Below, piece after piece: positions 1-12,059 of a stretch of DNA of 64,000 bases; within the stretch, counting starts at the first letter, position 1; each line of letters starts with the position of its first letter. A model generated the notes under the pieces. That model did not search any database. It was not told the origin of the DNA and saw nothing but the letters and a program-made list of their open reading frames with translations. Where the stretch lies: the NCBI GenBank assembly GCA_965285935.1, contig OZ260661.1:135284001-135348000 (forward strand), in the 5' to 3' direction. Both the position numbers and the translations under genes were made by a program. This stretch comes from Ophelia neglecta (taxonomy: Eukaryota).

Positions 1-1268
1 TTGCATATCCCTCATTCACATTGGGTTCCCCGTCACCCCAATTTTGCCAATCATACCACGCACCACCAAACCACTCCCATCCATCTCGCCTCATTGTTAC
101 GTTGTCGCTGTTTGCTGAGTTTGAAACGTCCTTTGTTAATCCAATCCAGAATTGGTTCCTTTCCTTCACGGGATCGCAATCCTGCCCCAACATGCACTTT
201 GTCCTGGTTTAAAGGTAACAATAAGTCATACTACTTAACTGGTATAATACTAAAATAATGAAAGAACTTCTGTAAGCATTAAAATACAACAATCTTTCTT
301 ACAGCTTTTCGAAAACGAATTCGTTTTGTTCCTTGGTTTCTAATGATACTAGAGAGGCATGCATAGCTTCACATCTGCTAGCCGCTTCTGTGAAATTTCG
401 TAGAACCATCTTTCCTGAGACATAATAACACCTCTCATAATAAGGATACCACTGGCCCTCAAATGCACATAGCTTTGCTACAGCTGTAACACAGTAAACA
501 TAGCGGGTCATACTCGGGTAATAAACTACCGGGAAGAAATGTATAAGAGCGCGAGCATCTTAAGAAATAAATGCTAAGCATTGAGACAAACAGGAATCTT
601 TGATTACTAACACTATCATTGGTACAGTACAGCTATCATATTATAGTATCAGAATATATTACATGCCAAACAAAAGGAACCCGTCTTCCGCCAGCTACTG
701 TCGCCTTTTGCTTACAACCGATCAAGTGAAAGTATATTTGATATGTGTAGTAAGCCGATTTACGTACGAAGCCATGCATCAATTATATCCAACTGGGGTC
801 CATCATTTGGGTTTTTGTGAATTAGAACTATTTTAGAGGGTGTGAGAACATAACATGGCCATTTCCGACGGTACCAATGACTTTCGGATCATAGGCATTC
901 TAAGTGTCATGAAGTGCCATCTAAATGGACATTCAACCCACTCAGGAACACATTTAGCTGATGAGCTCAAGAATACTCAATGAATGAAACTGTGAGCCAT
1001 GGCTGTATACATAACACCACGCACTTATACGTATTCACGTATGGTCTATTAGTATACTTACTTATATTGGTACCCACAAAAAAACGCCCAAGCATTCATT
1101 GATTAACTCCCCTCTAATTTCTTACTGAGTTGTATTATTGAACCAAACTGAGAATTTGTATCTTCGCCTAGAATAAAGGGCACCGAAGTGTCTTCATATG
1201 TATATTCACATACCTATATATAGCGTGAATGTCGCTAAAACACCACGGAACAGGGCGGCAGGATACAT
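1..1268 (-). CDS. CTLD receptor copy A (partial; runs off the window start). Exons: SP 1268-1214, CTLD-1 483-303, CTLD-2 203-<1
   Basis: MYPAALFRGVLATFTLYI, then CAFEGQWYPYYERCYY...RCEAMHASLVSLETKEQNEFV, then FWIGL...WEW...NWGDGEPN. GT-AG sites present. Near-identical to copy D at offset 25631. Confidence 0.85.
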
Positions 1269-2121
1269 ATTGGGCCCAGATCGAGATAGTCTACCACACT
1301 GCCGACATTTAGATGCTGAAATTAACACGGAAGTGATGTTCCGATGCTCTTACATGATACCGAACCTGTCGAAGCTTTCCTCGTGTAATATATATTACTA
1401 TATAACACATCCAACGCCTGCTAGCGTTGTAGACTACACACGTTTGTTTTGGCTGGTAAAGTGTGCAGACTGCTCTTGATGATGACACGGTCTGTGATTA
1501 AGGTCTAAAAGGGTTCGCTTCGCATAAATTGCCAATACCATGAAAGCTGATCATTCTATTCAGGCATTATAATGACACCCTGCATGGAAATACAAGTTTT
1601 ATAAACGGGGGAAGCGAATCAGTATATTTATCAAATTCCGTAATATTTAAATAAGGGTACTTTTAGCATTGCACTGTATACCGTTTATAGAATCAGATGT
1701 AAACGTTTATTTTACAAACGTGCATTTATTGACCTAGTATACAACCTAGTATACCCAGCGCTCCCACCGTCTTCATTTCAGTAATTTACCGGGCCATCCA
1801 ATGTGTAAGTATTTTGTTTATAATAAATTGTTTAATCACAAAATCACAGATTAACAACTATAATTTTATGATACAGCCAGGTATGTGCGATGAAATTAGA
1901 CAGTAAATTCCGAATGACTTAATCCACAGTTTGGGGTAAATACGTCATGTTTGCCCTGTTTGCTTGGTCCAAATTATCATGCTTTACATATCTAAATGAG
2001 ACTTTAACCGTAAATCACCACAATATGATCGGTACGGATTTGAACGGGGTAAGGCATACTGCCTTGGTCCGTACCTTAGACGAATTCAAAATCAATATTT
2101 ATGCAATTATTTATCAAGCAT

Positions 2122-4140
2122 CATTTATCTTCTATAGGAGAAGTAGAGAGTCAACTCTCTCAAGTCCTGCTCATATATGATATCGCCAATGTTGCTGTCA
2201 ACCTGACTAAATATTCTCTGTCTTAAATCGCTAGTCAGACGGCAGCAACATAACACATAGATCGTATCGCCACAGGAACAGAGACGGTTTTCTCGCGGAA
2301 GTCTAGCCCACCTGCCAGTATCAACGCGCAATGAATGCGAGCCTGTACGCATCCTGGTGAACGCGACGCGAGCAATCTGTAGGATACGCGTTTCGATGAG
2401 GAATCAGACATCATACGGTTGCGGATCAGGTCGAGACCTTGGGTTATATAATCAGTCTATGTATCAAGAGTCTGAAAGTACACGTCTGACTTGGCCACGC
2501 GTGCAGCCTCAAGTGTCAAACATAACGGGGAATCACGAAAATTGACCCGCTGTGAATCTTTCCCCCAAAAGCGAGCCTGCCCTTCCCGATCAATGGCATC
2601 CACATCAGGAACTCCCGCCTCCACGAGCACACAGTGCGTGGTGGTATGTGTGCGCACGCCCGTTATAGCCTTGAGAGTTGAGATATATGCCGGTTTCAGG
2701 CAGGCCACTCAGGAATTCCAACTCTCACATCCATAGATTATGGCAGCAAAGAGTACACACTGCCAAAGGCGCTCCTTGATGACACAAGTTTGTGTTCAGA
2801 AAACACAGTAGTGGGCGCACATGTCCCTGTTTGTTTGCTATATGATCCTGTACCTGTCGGGAGATCACGCGATGAGAGATCAAGTGGCCAAGATAGCAGT
2901 ACTGCTCTGTTTGTTGAATGGCCCTCCCAGCAACGACAAACGGACGACAGTCACGTGAATTTGCTACCATAAACAATGCCTTTTTATGGTTGATCCGTAA
3001 TCCATGGCGTCCCACAAAGTCGCCACCAAAGATCTTCCGTTTACGCCTCAACGCAGCGCGTGGAGTGGCCAGTATGGCCGTGTCGTCCACCAGTAGGTGA
3101 GCGTAAAGCCAGGCTAGCCAGCCATCATCTGGGAGGGATCGAGGGACAACCGCAAGAGGATTGATGAAGAATACAAACAGGATGACAGACAGTGGAGCCC
3201 CCTGACGAAGCGCGAGAGTCGCATGAATGGTCGTGTTCCCAATGAGACTAGCCGTATTTGAAAGTAATGCACACAGTGCCGCCAAGAAACGACCACCACA
3301 GCCTTTCACAGCCAGCCAATTTAGTATTATTTGTCTTTTTACGGTGTCATATGCCTTTTCAAAGTCATTAAATGCTATGTACAATGTTTCTTTTGTTCTC
3401 CGAGCACGGTCGATAATGAGACGTAAAGTGAGCAGTTGTTTAAGACATTCTCAGCCAGGCACAGCCCTGTTCCTGGCAAGGACCCCACCAGCGAGGGAAT
3501 CGACCTATTAAATAGAGGAGTACACCTCGGCAAGAGATGGGATTTCACCCGATAGTTCCCAGGAAGAGATCGTTGCCCCTTTTTGAATAACATTGTCAAC
3601 CTCGCCACTAACCATGCGTACATGGTTTTCCCCCACCAAATCAGATATCATGTTTTATAAGACACCGAATTTGTTGCCATCCGGTAATGACTGGAAAGCT
3701 GTCAACTCCTCCCTCAATGCCAGAAAGGTACGAGTCTAGTATGTCTTGAATCACTGTGTTTAGGGCCCGCTTCAAGTCATCGGCCCTGGGCTTAGTAATA
3801 GCTGACCGTGTCAATGTGAATGTGAATATCTCAGCTAAGTCCAAGTTGACACTTGGTCTGCCTGACCCAGACTGACTCATTATGAAAACATACACAGGTG
3901 ATCGATTGTACAGGGATAATAGACCATGGGCACCAGTCAAGCGTAACATACAAGCAAAGTCAATCAAATATGTCCAAAACTTATCCAGTTCCCAGAGTTT
4001 TACCGAGCTGCAGAAATATCTATTCTCTGACAAAGCCACTGTTGTACACAGTGCCCCAAATCCAAATTTAACGGGAAAGTATCTCCACGGGAAGCCTTGA
4101 TAATCTGCCCTGGGATCCACACAAGCCACACTGTACCTAT
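2122..4140 (-). mobile_element. Old degenerate LINE relic upstream of copy A
   Basis: LFKKG..LPGNYR, FNDFEKAYDTV, LRQGAPLSVILF, LVDD, YCYLG, RTGSHSLRVDTGRW...CSC; many frameshifts. Confidence 0.85.
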
Positions 4141-4149
4141 ACGCCATAT

Positions 4150-4515
4150 ACATCATATTGGGCCGAGATCGAGATATTCTACCCCACTGCAGACATTTAA
4201 ATGCTGAAATGAGGCTGGTAATGTGATATGTGATCAAGGTCAAACAGGGGTTCGCTTCTCATAAATCGCAAATACCATGACTGCTAATCATTCTATAGAA
4301 GCATTTTAAAGGCACACCACATGGATATAGGCTTTGTAAACGGAGCAAGCGAATAAGTATATTTATAAAATTCCCTAATATTTATATAAGGATACTTTTG
4401 GCATTGAACTGTATACCGATTATTGCAGTTAATTTTTACTTAACACTGCGCTCAAATTAGACACAATAGATTCCAAATGAATTTATCCACAGTATGTGGT
4501 AAATACAACATGTTT
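4150..4515 (-). promoter_or_regulatory. Duplicated receptor 5'UTR/upstream region with ATG context, fused to the LINE relic (also ~18800, ~29790-30155, ~38170)
   Basis: CATATTGGGCCGAGATCGAGATATTCTACCCCACTGCAGACATTTAAATGCTGAAATG matches the sequence 5' of each exon 1 (e.g. 9910-9968). The following ~300 nt match 1490-1950 with deletions. Confidence 0.7.
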
Positions 4516-6062
4516 GACATAAAATGAAGCTAATTAAAACAGATGATATTAATTCAGCGAACAAGTTTGTTAAAATACACATTAAGGTACGCATTCCTCT
4601 TTTATTTTGGTTTCTTTGAAAGACAGTTATCCAGATATAACACCCGGAATAATACTACTTTCCCTTTACATTTACTTGTCCAATATACATCCAGCTTAAG
4701 AGGCCCATGAGATTTGCCGATGGGGCAGCACTTGCCGGTGACTAGGTAGGAGAATATCTGCAGGAATGCCATAGATGACAACTGCGTACCACGTAGAAAG
4801 TATTAGCATTAATGTCACAACTTACGGCATTATCTTATATCGGGATCTTCGCTTAGCATAAAATAACGCGGCCTTTTTACGATAAACAATTAAATACTGT
4901 AAAAACAATATATTTACTGCTAACTATAAAACTAGAGGATATTATAACCTGCTTATTTTATAACGTCTCACTATTATTTACCGAGGACAAAAGTCGATAT
5001 ATAACTGAGCTATGAACATAGCTCCTAGCACTGCCATGGTTTTGTTAGAATGTGATCATGTGATGACGATTATGTGGGACAGTAGATAATAGATGTATAT
5101 CTTTTCATCTAACCGCAACTAGTCACGTTCCCCAGGCTCTGTTTTTCACAAACACATTTTTATCACACGGTAGTTGTGTATAGCTCGTATTATGACTTGA
5201 CTTGTAGTGTATGTAAACTTGTGTTATGGTAGACACGGTCTGATGACGCCTGTCAAAGAAACAGTTGTTGTGGTTTAGGGAGGTTAAAGAAATACACTGT
5301 CTGTTCAAACCGTGGAAAGTGTCATAGATGAAATAAAAAAGGTTATTGAGATGACCTCTCCTAGTTAGAGCCCTCTTGCATCTAGCAATAGTTTACTAAA
5401 AGTTGAATTGCCAAAATGTAAATATATTGATTAGTGAACAACGAAACAGAAGAAAACAGAGTGATCATACCATCATTAAACTTCATGTTTTATACATTAT
5501 AGATTTTTGATGTGAAGAGCCTTATTCAACCAAGCTTGGTAATAGGGATTATACTCTTACTTGGCCCGAATTCTACCAGCTACAGGCCAATAAACATAAC
5601 GTCAAACGTCCATGTATACTTTATTCAATACAAATGAAAACGTCGGAAAATAAAATTTATATGATGTATTGTGACTACCCTCTACAGTAGATCATGATAC
5701 ATCCGCGAGAAAATTATACGCTTTTATATCTTATATCATTCAGGTGCTAATCGAGCGTTTTATCAGATTTTATGATTGATTAACAAAACTGTCTTTTACA
5801 TATTGCTGTATTGATACAATGCCTTGTATATGACAGCACACACCCACATGCCCATAAACATTATGACACGCAATGATCCTTTCCTACTTTTTTTGTCCAT
5901 TTTGAAACAAACGTGATTTGTAATACTACAAATGGGTATCCGCCAATATTAATCGAGCAATTATGTGTTTGAATATGAATCACACCTTCTTTTCCAAGCT
6001 GCTGATGACATCTATTATACTGAACTTAGACCTATAATTGTTCTAATGGCTTTTACTCCGGT

Positions 6063-9000
6063 TTATTTTATTATTATCAAGTATTGATTAGTCCGTGATA
6101 TATTCAGTGGAGTGTATGTGACATTCGGTGAGAGGGCCTCGTATTCTCTTTCAGTTACTTTTTCCACAGAAGCCCCAACAGTCCGCCGCCCGCCTTCTCC
6201 TATGTCTTCATATGTACCATGAGTCGGCCGCCCAACTTCTTGTATGTCTTCATATGGACCATCAGTCTGCCGTCCGATTTCTTGTATATCCTCGTATGGA
6301 CCATCTACACATGGACTGTTTAAAGTATCGGCTCGTGGCTGAATGTAGCCTACTTCCTCATATTGAGAAGTAATATATTGTCCCTGTCTTGAATTTGCTA
6401 CGTTGTAATAATCATGGCCTGTGGGGGCAGGGGTGTTTGATCGTACGTCCTCGTGAGCTGCTGCTTCATTGTAATAGGTGTGTTCTGTGTAAGTCTTCTG
6501 TTGGTCTGCTATGTGTTGCTTCCTAAAAATACATTTATTGGTACTTATTATTATGAATATATACATTTGAAATCTCATATGATACTTTGGTGTTCTGTTG
6601 AGTTTTTACAATTATCACAACTACACAAACAAAAATCAATATAACCCCGATTGCTGATCCGATTAATAACTTTATAATGGTATCACAAACATCACAAATA
6701 ATATAAATATCAGCTTATTGTCAATTTGCATTTTACATTTAGCCTTCAGGATTATCATAGCAGCACATCTTCCATTTTGTACATCTTCCTGCACGCAGTT
6801 TGTTTCCGGATCATTCCCTCCGCCCAACTTTCTCACCGCAACCTATCCACTCCCAACCACTGTTTCTCACCCCGCCACCTGTCTACTCGCTCTGGACGAG
6901 AAAGTTTGCAGCCCCTTCAGTTTCTTTCACCCTTTAAGTGTCAGTAATTGGTTCTTTCTTTATTCAGCCAGCCTGCTCGTCAAGCGCTTTGCCCATCCCT
7001 CATCTTCCTGCACAACACACCTACCCTCTCCCCCAAGCATTCTGACTCGACCCCTTGGTTATCAGGCCGGGCATACTGTTGCCCCCTCAAATGTGATAAA
7101 AAACACTCTAGCCATGTTTTCCATTTTAATAAAAATATACTCCAAACGGTAAAGCATAAAATATATAACAAGAATAGATACCCGGAAAGCTTAAGCAATG
7201 GTTTACCCACGATTTAACTATGAAAGGCCCATTTGACAGTCAACATATTTGGCATCTTACTAGCTAAGATTACTAATCCGCTTCTCATAAGGACATATCT
7301 TACCTACGTCTCTTGCAGACAACATACAGAACAACAGCAATAAAGAGGATTATCACACCACCCAGCACTGGTCCGATATATAAATAAATACTGGTACCTG
7401 GAAAAGTTATAAAATGAAACTATTAGACAAAGTCTCTTTGTTCTAGTTTCGACGAAATAGTATTGGTCTGGTCAAGGTGAAGACCAACTAACACTCGGGC
7501 CTCTTTGAAGGCTGCCGAAGTTGAACTTAACCTCTTCCATATGTGAAATATATGTAGGGCATGCTTGTATAATTAAGGCTAAGCTTTCTCAGCTATACAA
7601 ACAGCAGATGAACATTGGAGCCACAAACCTACTCTGAGGAGTGTAGTTTCTGACCTTAAAACCTTTGCAATTCCTTAGCGAACATATGAAGAACATTTGA
7701 CTGTCAATCAAAATATATCGGACAATGGTGGATTGAGGGGTAAGCAAAGTAAACAGGCTGATCAGATAAAGGAGTTGGAGGGTCTCTGAGGAAACTAGCA
7801 GTCAAAGGTTCTGGAGCAGGAACAATACTTTAGGATAAACAATTTTGAAATATATATTTCGAATATCAAAGATGCGATGTTTAACGAAGCTACTCTAAAA
7901 GATCTCCTTCAATTTGTAGAGAATGATAAACCCAAAGAATAGAAGTTTACTTTACATTAAAAAAATCTGTTTTCGATTCGTGTTTCCAAATTTACAACGA
8001 CCTGTCTTCATATGCTGCACTCACGTTTAGGTAAATTTTCTGATATACATAGTTTTTACCTTGTTCACTGTTTTCAGAGATGTCTGTGGTTGCCTTGGTT
8101 GTTTGTTTAGTTTGAGATGTTGCAGCTGATGTGTTATTGTCATCTGGTATAGTTTTGGTAGAGCCATTCCTAGTAGTCGTCGCTGCTGTCGTCGCCTTTT
8201 TAGAGACATTACCTTGTTGGGGTCTTATACTGGTTAATATCGAAGCTTCTGCATCTAAGTAAAATGATTTTGCATGAAAATGGATCCGATGTATCAATTT
8301 GCGTTGTTTAGATTGCCAACCGCCAAAATTTGGTTAATTCAATGAAGCTCAGAAAAGGGTACACGTCCTTTAATTGAACCTCAATTTACCACTGAAGATA
8401 CACAGACTGGAATCTAATTCAGTCGATTTACCTTTTCTTTCACATAAAAATCTATAATTTTTTCCTGGATCATCTGTCCCAGCCCAATTTCCATCGATGA
8501 GCATCCTTGCATATCCCTCATTGCCATTGGGTTCCCCGTCAGCCCAATTTTGCCATTCATACCAAGGATCACCTAACCACTCCCATCCATCTCGCCTCAT
8601 TGTTTCGTTGTAGATGTTTGTTGAGCTTGAAACATCCTTCTTTAATCCAATCCAGAATTGGTTCATTCCATTCTCGGGATTGCAATCCCCCGACATGCAA
8701 TTTATCCTAGTTAAAAGGTAAAAAAAAAAGTCATACTCCGTAACTTATATAATATTATGTTAATAAAATAAATCTCCAAACAATTTAAAATCACAACACC
8801 CACCACGTGATGAGTATTATTGAAAAAAATGTATTGGTAAGATGACATTACTAGGGCACACATAGCATGACATTCGTTTTATTTCTATGCTGTAAGCATT
8901 AAAATACAAGAATCTTTCTTACATGATTTCGAAGACGAATTTGTTTTGTTCCTCGTTTTCTACTGATACTAGAGAGGAATCCAACCGTTCACATCTACTA

Positions 9001-9912
9001 ACCGCTTCTGTGAAATTTCGTAGAACCATCTTTCCTGAGACATAATAACATCTCTCATCATAAGGAGACCACTGGCCCTCAAAATCACACCGCCTTGCTA
9101 CAACTGTAACATAGTAAACACAAAAATCGGGAAATAAACTACCGGGAAGAAATTCACGAAAGCGTGGGCATCCTTAGAACTAAATAATACGCATTGAGAC
9201 AACAGGAATCTTTGATGACTACCACTATCATTAAAACAGTACAGCTATCATATTATTGTATCAGAATATATTACATGCCAAACAAAAGCAACCCGTCTTC
9301 CGCCAGCTACTTTCACCGTTTGCTTACAACCGATCAAGTGAAATTATATTCAATATGTATACGTGTAGAAAGCCGATTTAAGTACGAAGCCATGTTTCAA
9401 TATATTCGACTGGGTGTCATCATTTGGGGTTTTGTGAATTTGAAGTTGGACTATTTTAGAGGGTCTGAGAAAATAAGATGGCAATTTTCGACGGCACAAA
9501 TGACTTTACGATTATAGGCATTCTAAGTTTCATCAAACGCCATCTAAACGGCCATTCAACCCAAATGAGAACTATCCATGTTTGAGGGAGAAACAGGTAC
9601 ACATTTAGCTGATGAGTTCAAGAATACGCAATGAATGAAACTGTGAGCTATGGCTGTATTCACGTATTGTCTATTGGTATACTTACATATATTGGTACCC
9701 ACAATTATCAAACTTTGCCTGAAAACAACATTCAATGGTTAACTCCCCTCTAATTTCTAACCGAGTTGTATTAGTAAACCAAACTGAGAATGAAAGTATA
9801 TGTGTCTTCGCCTAGAATAAAGGGCACCCAAGTGTCTCCATAAGTATATACACATACCTATATATAGCGTAAATGTCGCTAAAACAACAAGGATCAGAGC
9901 GGCAGGATACAT
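6063..9912 (-). CDS. CTLD type I transmembrane receptor copy B (~419 aa). Exons 9912-9858, 9103-8923, 8706-8432, 8254-8060, 7397-7304, 6522-6063
   Basis: All six exons join in frame through GT-AG introns: signal peptide, CTLD (WIGL, EPN), S/T-rich stalk, TM (IYLYIGPVLGGVIILFIAVVLYVVC-KRRR) and Tyr-motif tail. Confidence 0.85.
6190..6305 (-). repeat. Coding 42-bp (14-aa) tandem repeat x3, G(P/T)YEDIxExGRxTx; present in each A-F-type tail exon in the window
   Basis: GPYEDIQEIGRQTD-GPYEDIQEVGRPTH-GTYEDIGEGGRRT. Confidence 0.85.
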
Positions 9913-10039
9913 ATTGGGCCCAGATCGAGATATTCTACCACACTGCCGACATTTAGATGCTGAAATGAACACAGCAGTGGTGTTCCGATGCTCTTACATT
10001 ATAGCGAACATGTCGAAGCTTTCCTCGTGTAATATATTT

Positions 10040-10046
10040 CTATATA
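10040..10046 (-). promoter_or_regulatory. Candidate TATA box of copy B (equivalent site in A, D, E, F)
   Basis: TATATAG ~130 nt upstream of the ATG. The AT-rich context makes this weak evidence. Confidence 0.3.
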
Positions 10047-12059
10047 ACACATCCACCGCCTGTTGTAGACCTTTGTTTTGGCAAGTAAAGTGTGTAGACT
10101 GCTGTTGAAGACGACACGGTCTGTGATCAAAGTATAAAAGTTTTGGCTTCGCATACATTGCAAATACCATGACTGCTTATGATTCTATTCAGGCATCATA
10201 ATGACACCCGGCATTGATATACAAGTTTGTAAACGGGGGAGTCGAATAAGTATATTTATAAAATTCCGTAATATTTTAGCAAGGATACTTTTGGAATTGT
10301 ACTGTATACCGCTTATAGAATCAGATTTAAATTTTTACCCTACAAACGTGCATTTATTGACTAGAACCTAGTATACCAGGGGCTCGCACCATCTTCATTT
10401 CGGTAATTTATCCGACCATCCAATGTGTAGGTATCTTGTTTATAATAAATTGTGTAATCACAAAATCACAGATTGACAACTATAATTTAATGGTACAGCC
10501 AGCTATGTACGCTGAAATTAGACAGTAAATTTCCGAATGAATGTATCCACAGTTTGGGGTAAATACGTCATGTTTGCCCTGTTGGCTTGGTCTAAATTAT
10601 CATGCTTTACATATCTAAATGATACTCTTTTCGAGGCCGTAAATGACCGGAATATGATCTTTACGGATTTGAACGGGGTAACGATTACTGCCTTGGTCCG
10701 TACCCTGGACGAATTCAAAATCAATATTTATGCAATTATTTATCAAGCATGAGCTAATGAATCAAAAATATAAATAAACAACTTCGTCAATGAAATAATT
10801 ATGCGAATGCAATCCCCCCCCCCCCCCATACGTACATATGGACCGCCAAACTAAAATAATCAATCCTTGTTATTCCAGCGCCTGTTTCTTTTAAATTATG
10901 AGAGCTCCAAAAGAGAGTCATTTTACTTTAAATTTCTGCTGTAGAAGAAAGTCGTAAGCGTAATGGCACGTTCCACAGGCTTGGTTTTTCAAAAATACAT
11001 CGTTATCACAGGGCAGATGTGTTGGTAAACTTGTGGACACGGTCTGATGACGTCTGTCAAGTAAACGGTGCAGTGGTTATATTTTGTTGCAGGGAAGATT
11101 AATTTTTTAATAATTTATCACAGTGGCTGTCTTGTGCATTAATTAACTGTATGTTTGAGAACGTCAGGAACAGCATTAAGATTGCTTTGAAAAGTATAGT
11201 AACTCCATATTTAATGAGTGTTAATTATTTTAGTTGTGGTTTAGGAAGGTTTATAAAATAACTGTCTGTTCAAACCGTGGATAGTGCCATAGATGAAATA
11301 AAAAGATTATTGAAATGACCTCGCCTAGTTAGAGCCCTCTTACATCTAGCAAAAGTTTACTAAAAGTTGAATTGCCAAACATGTAAATATATTGATTGGT
11401 GAAGAACGAAACAGAAGTTATCATAAAATTAATAAACTTCATGCGTTATACATGTTAGATATTTGGTGTAAATGGCCTTATTCAACCAAGCTTGGTAATG
11501 AGGATTTATCCTCTTACTTGGTCCGAATTCTATCAGCTACAGGCCAATAAACATAACGTCAAACGTCCATGAATACTTTATTCAATACTAACGAAAACGT
11601 TGGAAATTATAATTTATATGTTGCATTGTGACTACCCTCTACAGTAGAGCATGATACATCCGCGAGCAAATTATAAGCTTTTATATGTTATATTATTCAG
11701 GTGCCGATCGAGCGTTTATCAGATTTTATGATTGTTTAACAAGACTGTCTTTAACATGTTGCTGTTTTGATACAGTGCCTTATATATGACAGCCCGCACC
11801 CACTTGTCCATAATCATTATGACACACAACGAACCTTTCCCAATTTTTTTTGTCACACAACTTCCATTTTGAAATAACCGTGATTTGTTATAATACAAAT
11901 AGGTATCCGCCAATATTAATCGAGCATTTATCTGTTTAAATATGAATCACAACTTCTTTTCCTATGTCCAAGCTTCCGATGACATCTATTAAACTGAACT
12001 TAGACATATATAATTGTACTAAATGCTTACATTACGGTTTATTTTATTACTATCAAGTG

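Larger units (their letters stand above)
1..6050. repeat. Recent segmental duplication, near-identical to 25632-~31700
   Basis: The ORF track repeats at offset 25631-25642 with only scattered substitutions and small indels. Confidence 0.9.

Noticed and set aside
2725-3384. Domesticated RT gene in each repeat unit
   Set aside because: Fragmentary; frameshifted differently in A, C, D and E; absent from B and F. Consistent with passive co-duplication.
6190-6305. Canonical ITAM in the YEDI repeats
   Set aside because: The spacers are 10 aa (and 5 aa for YEAL/YTPL), outside the usual 6-8. Reported only as Tyr motifs.
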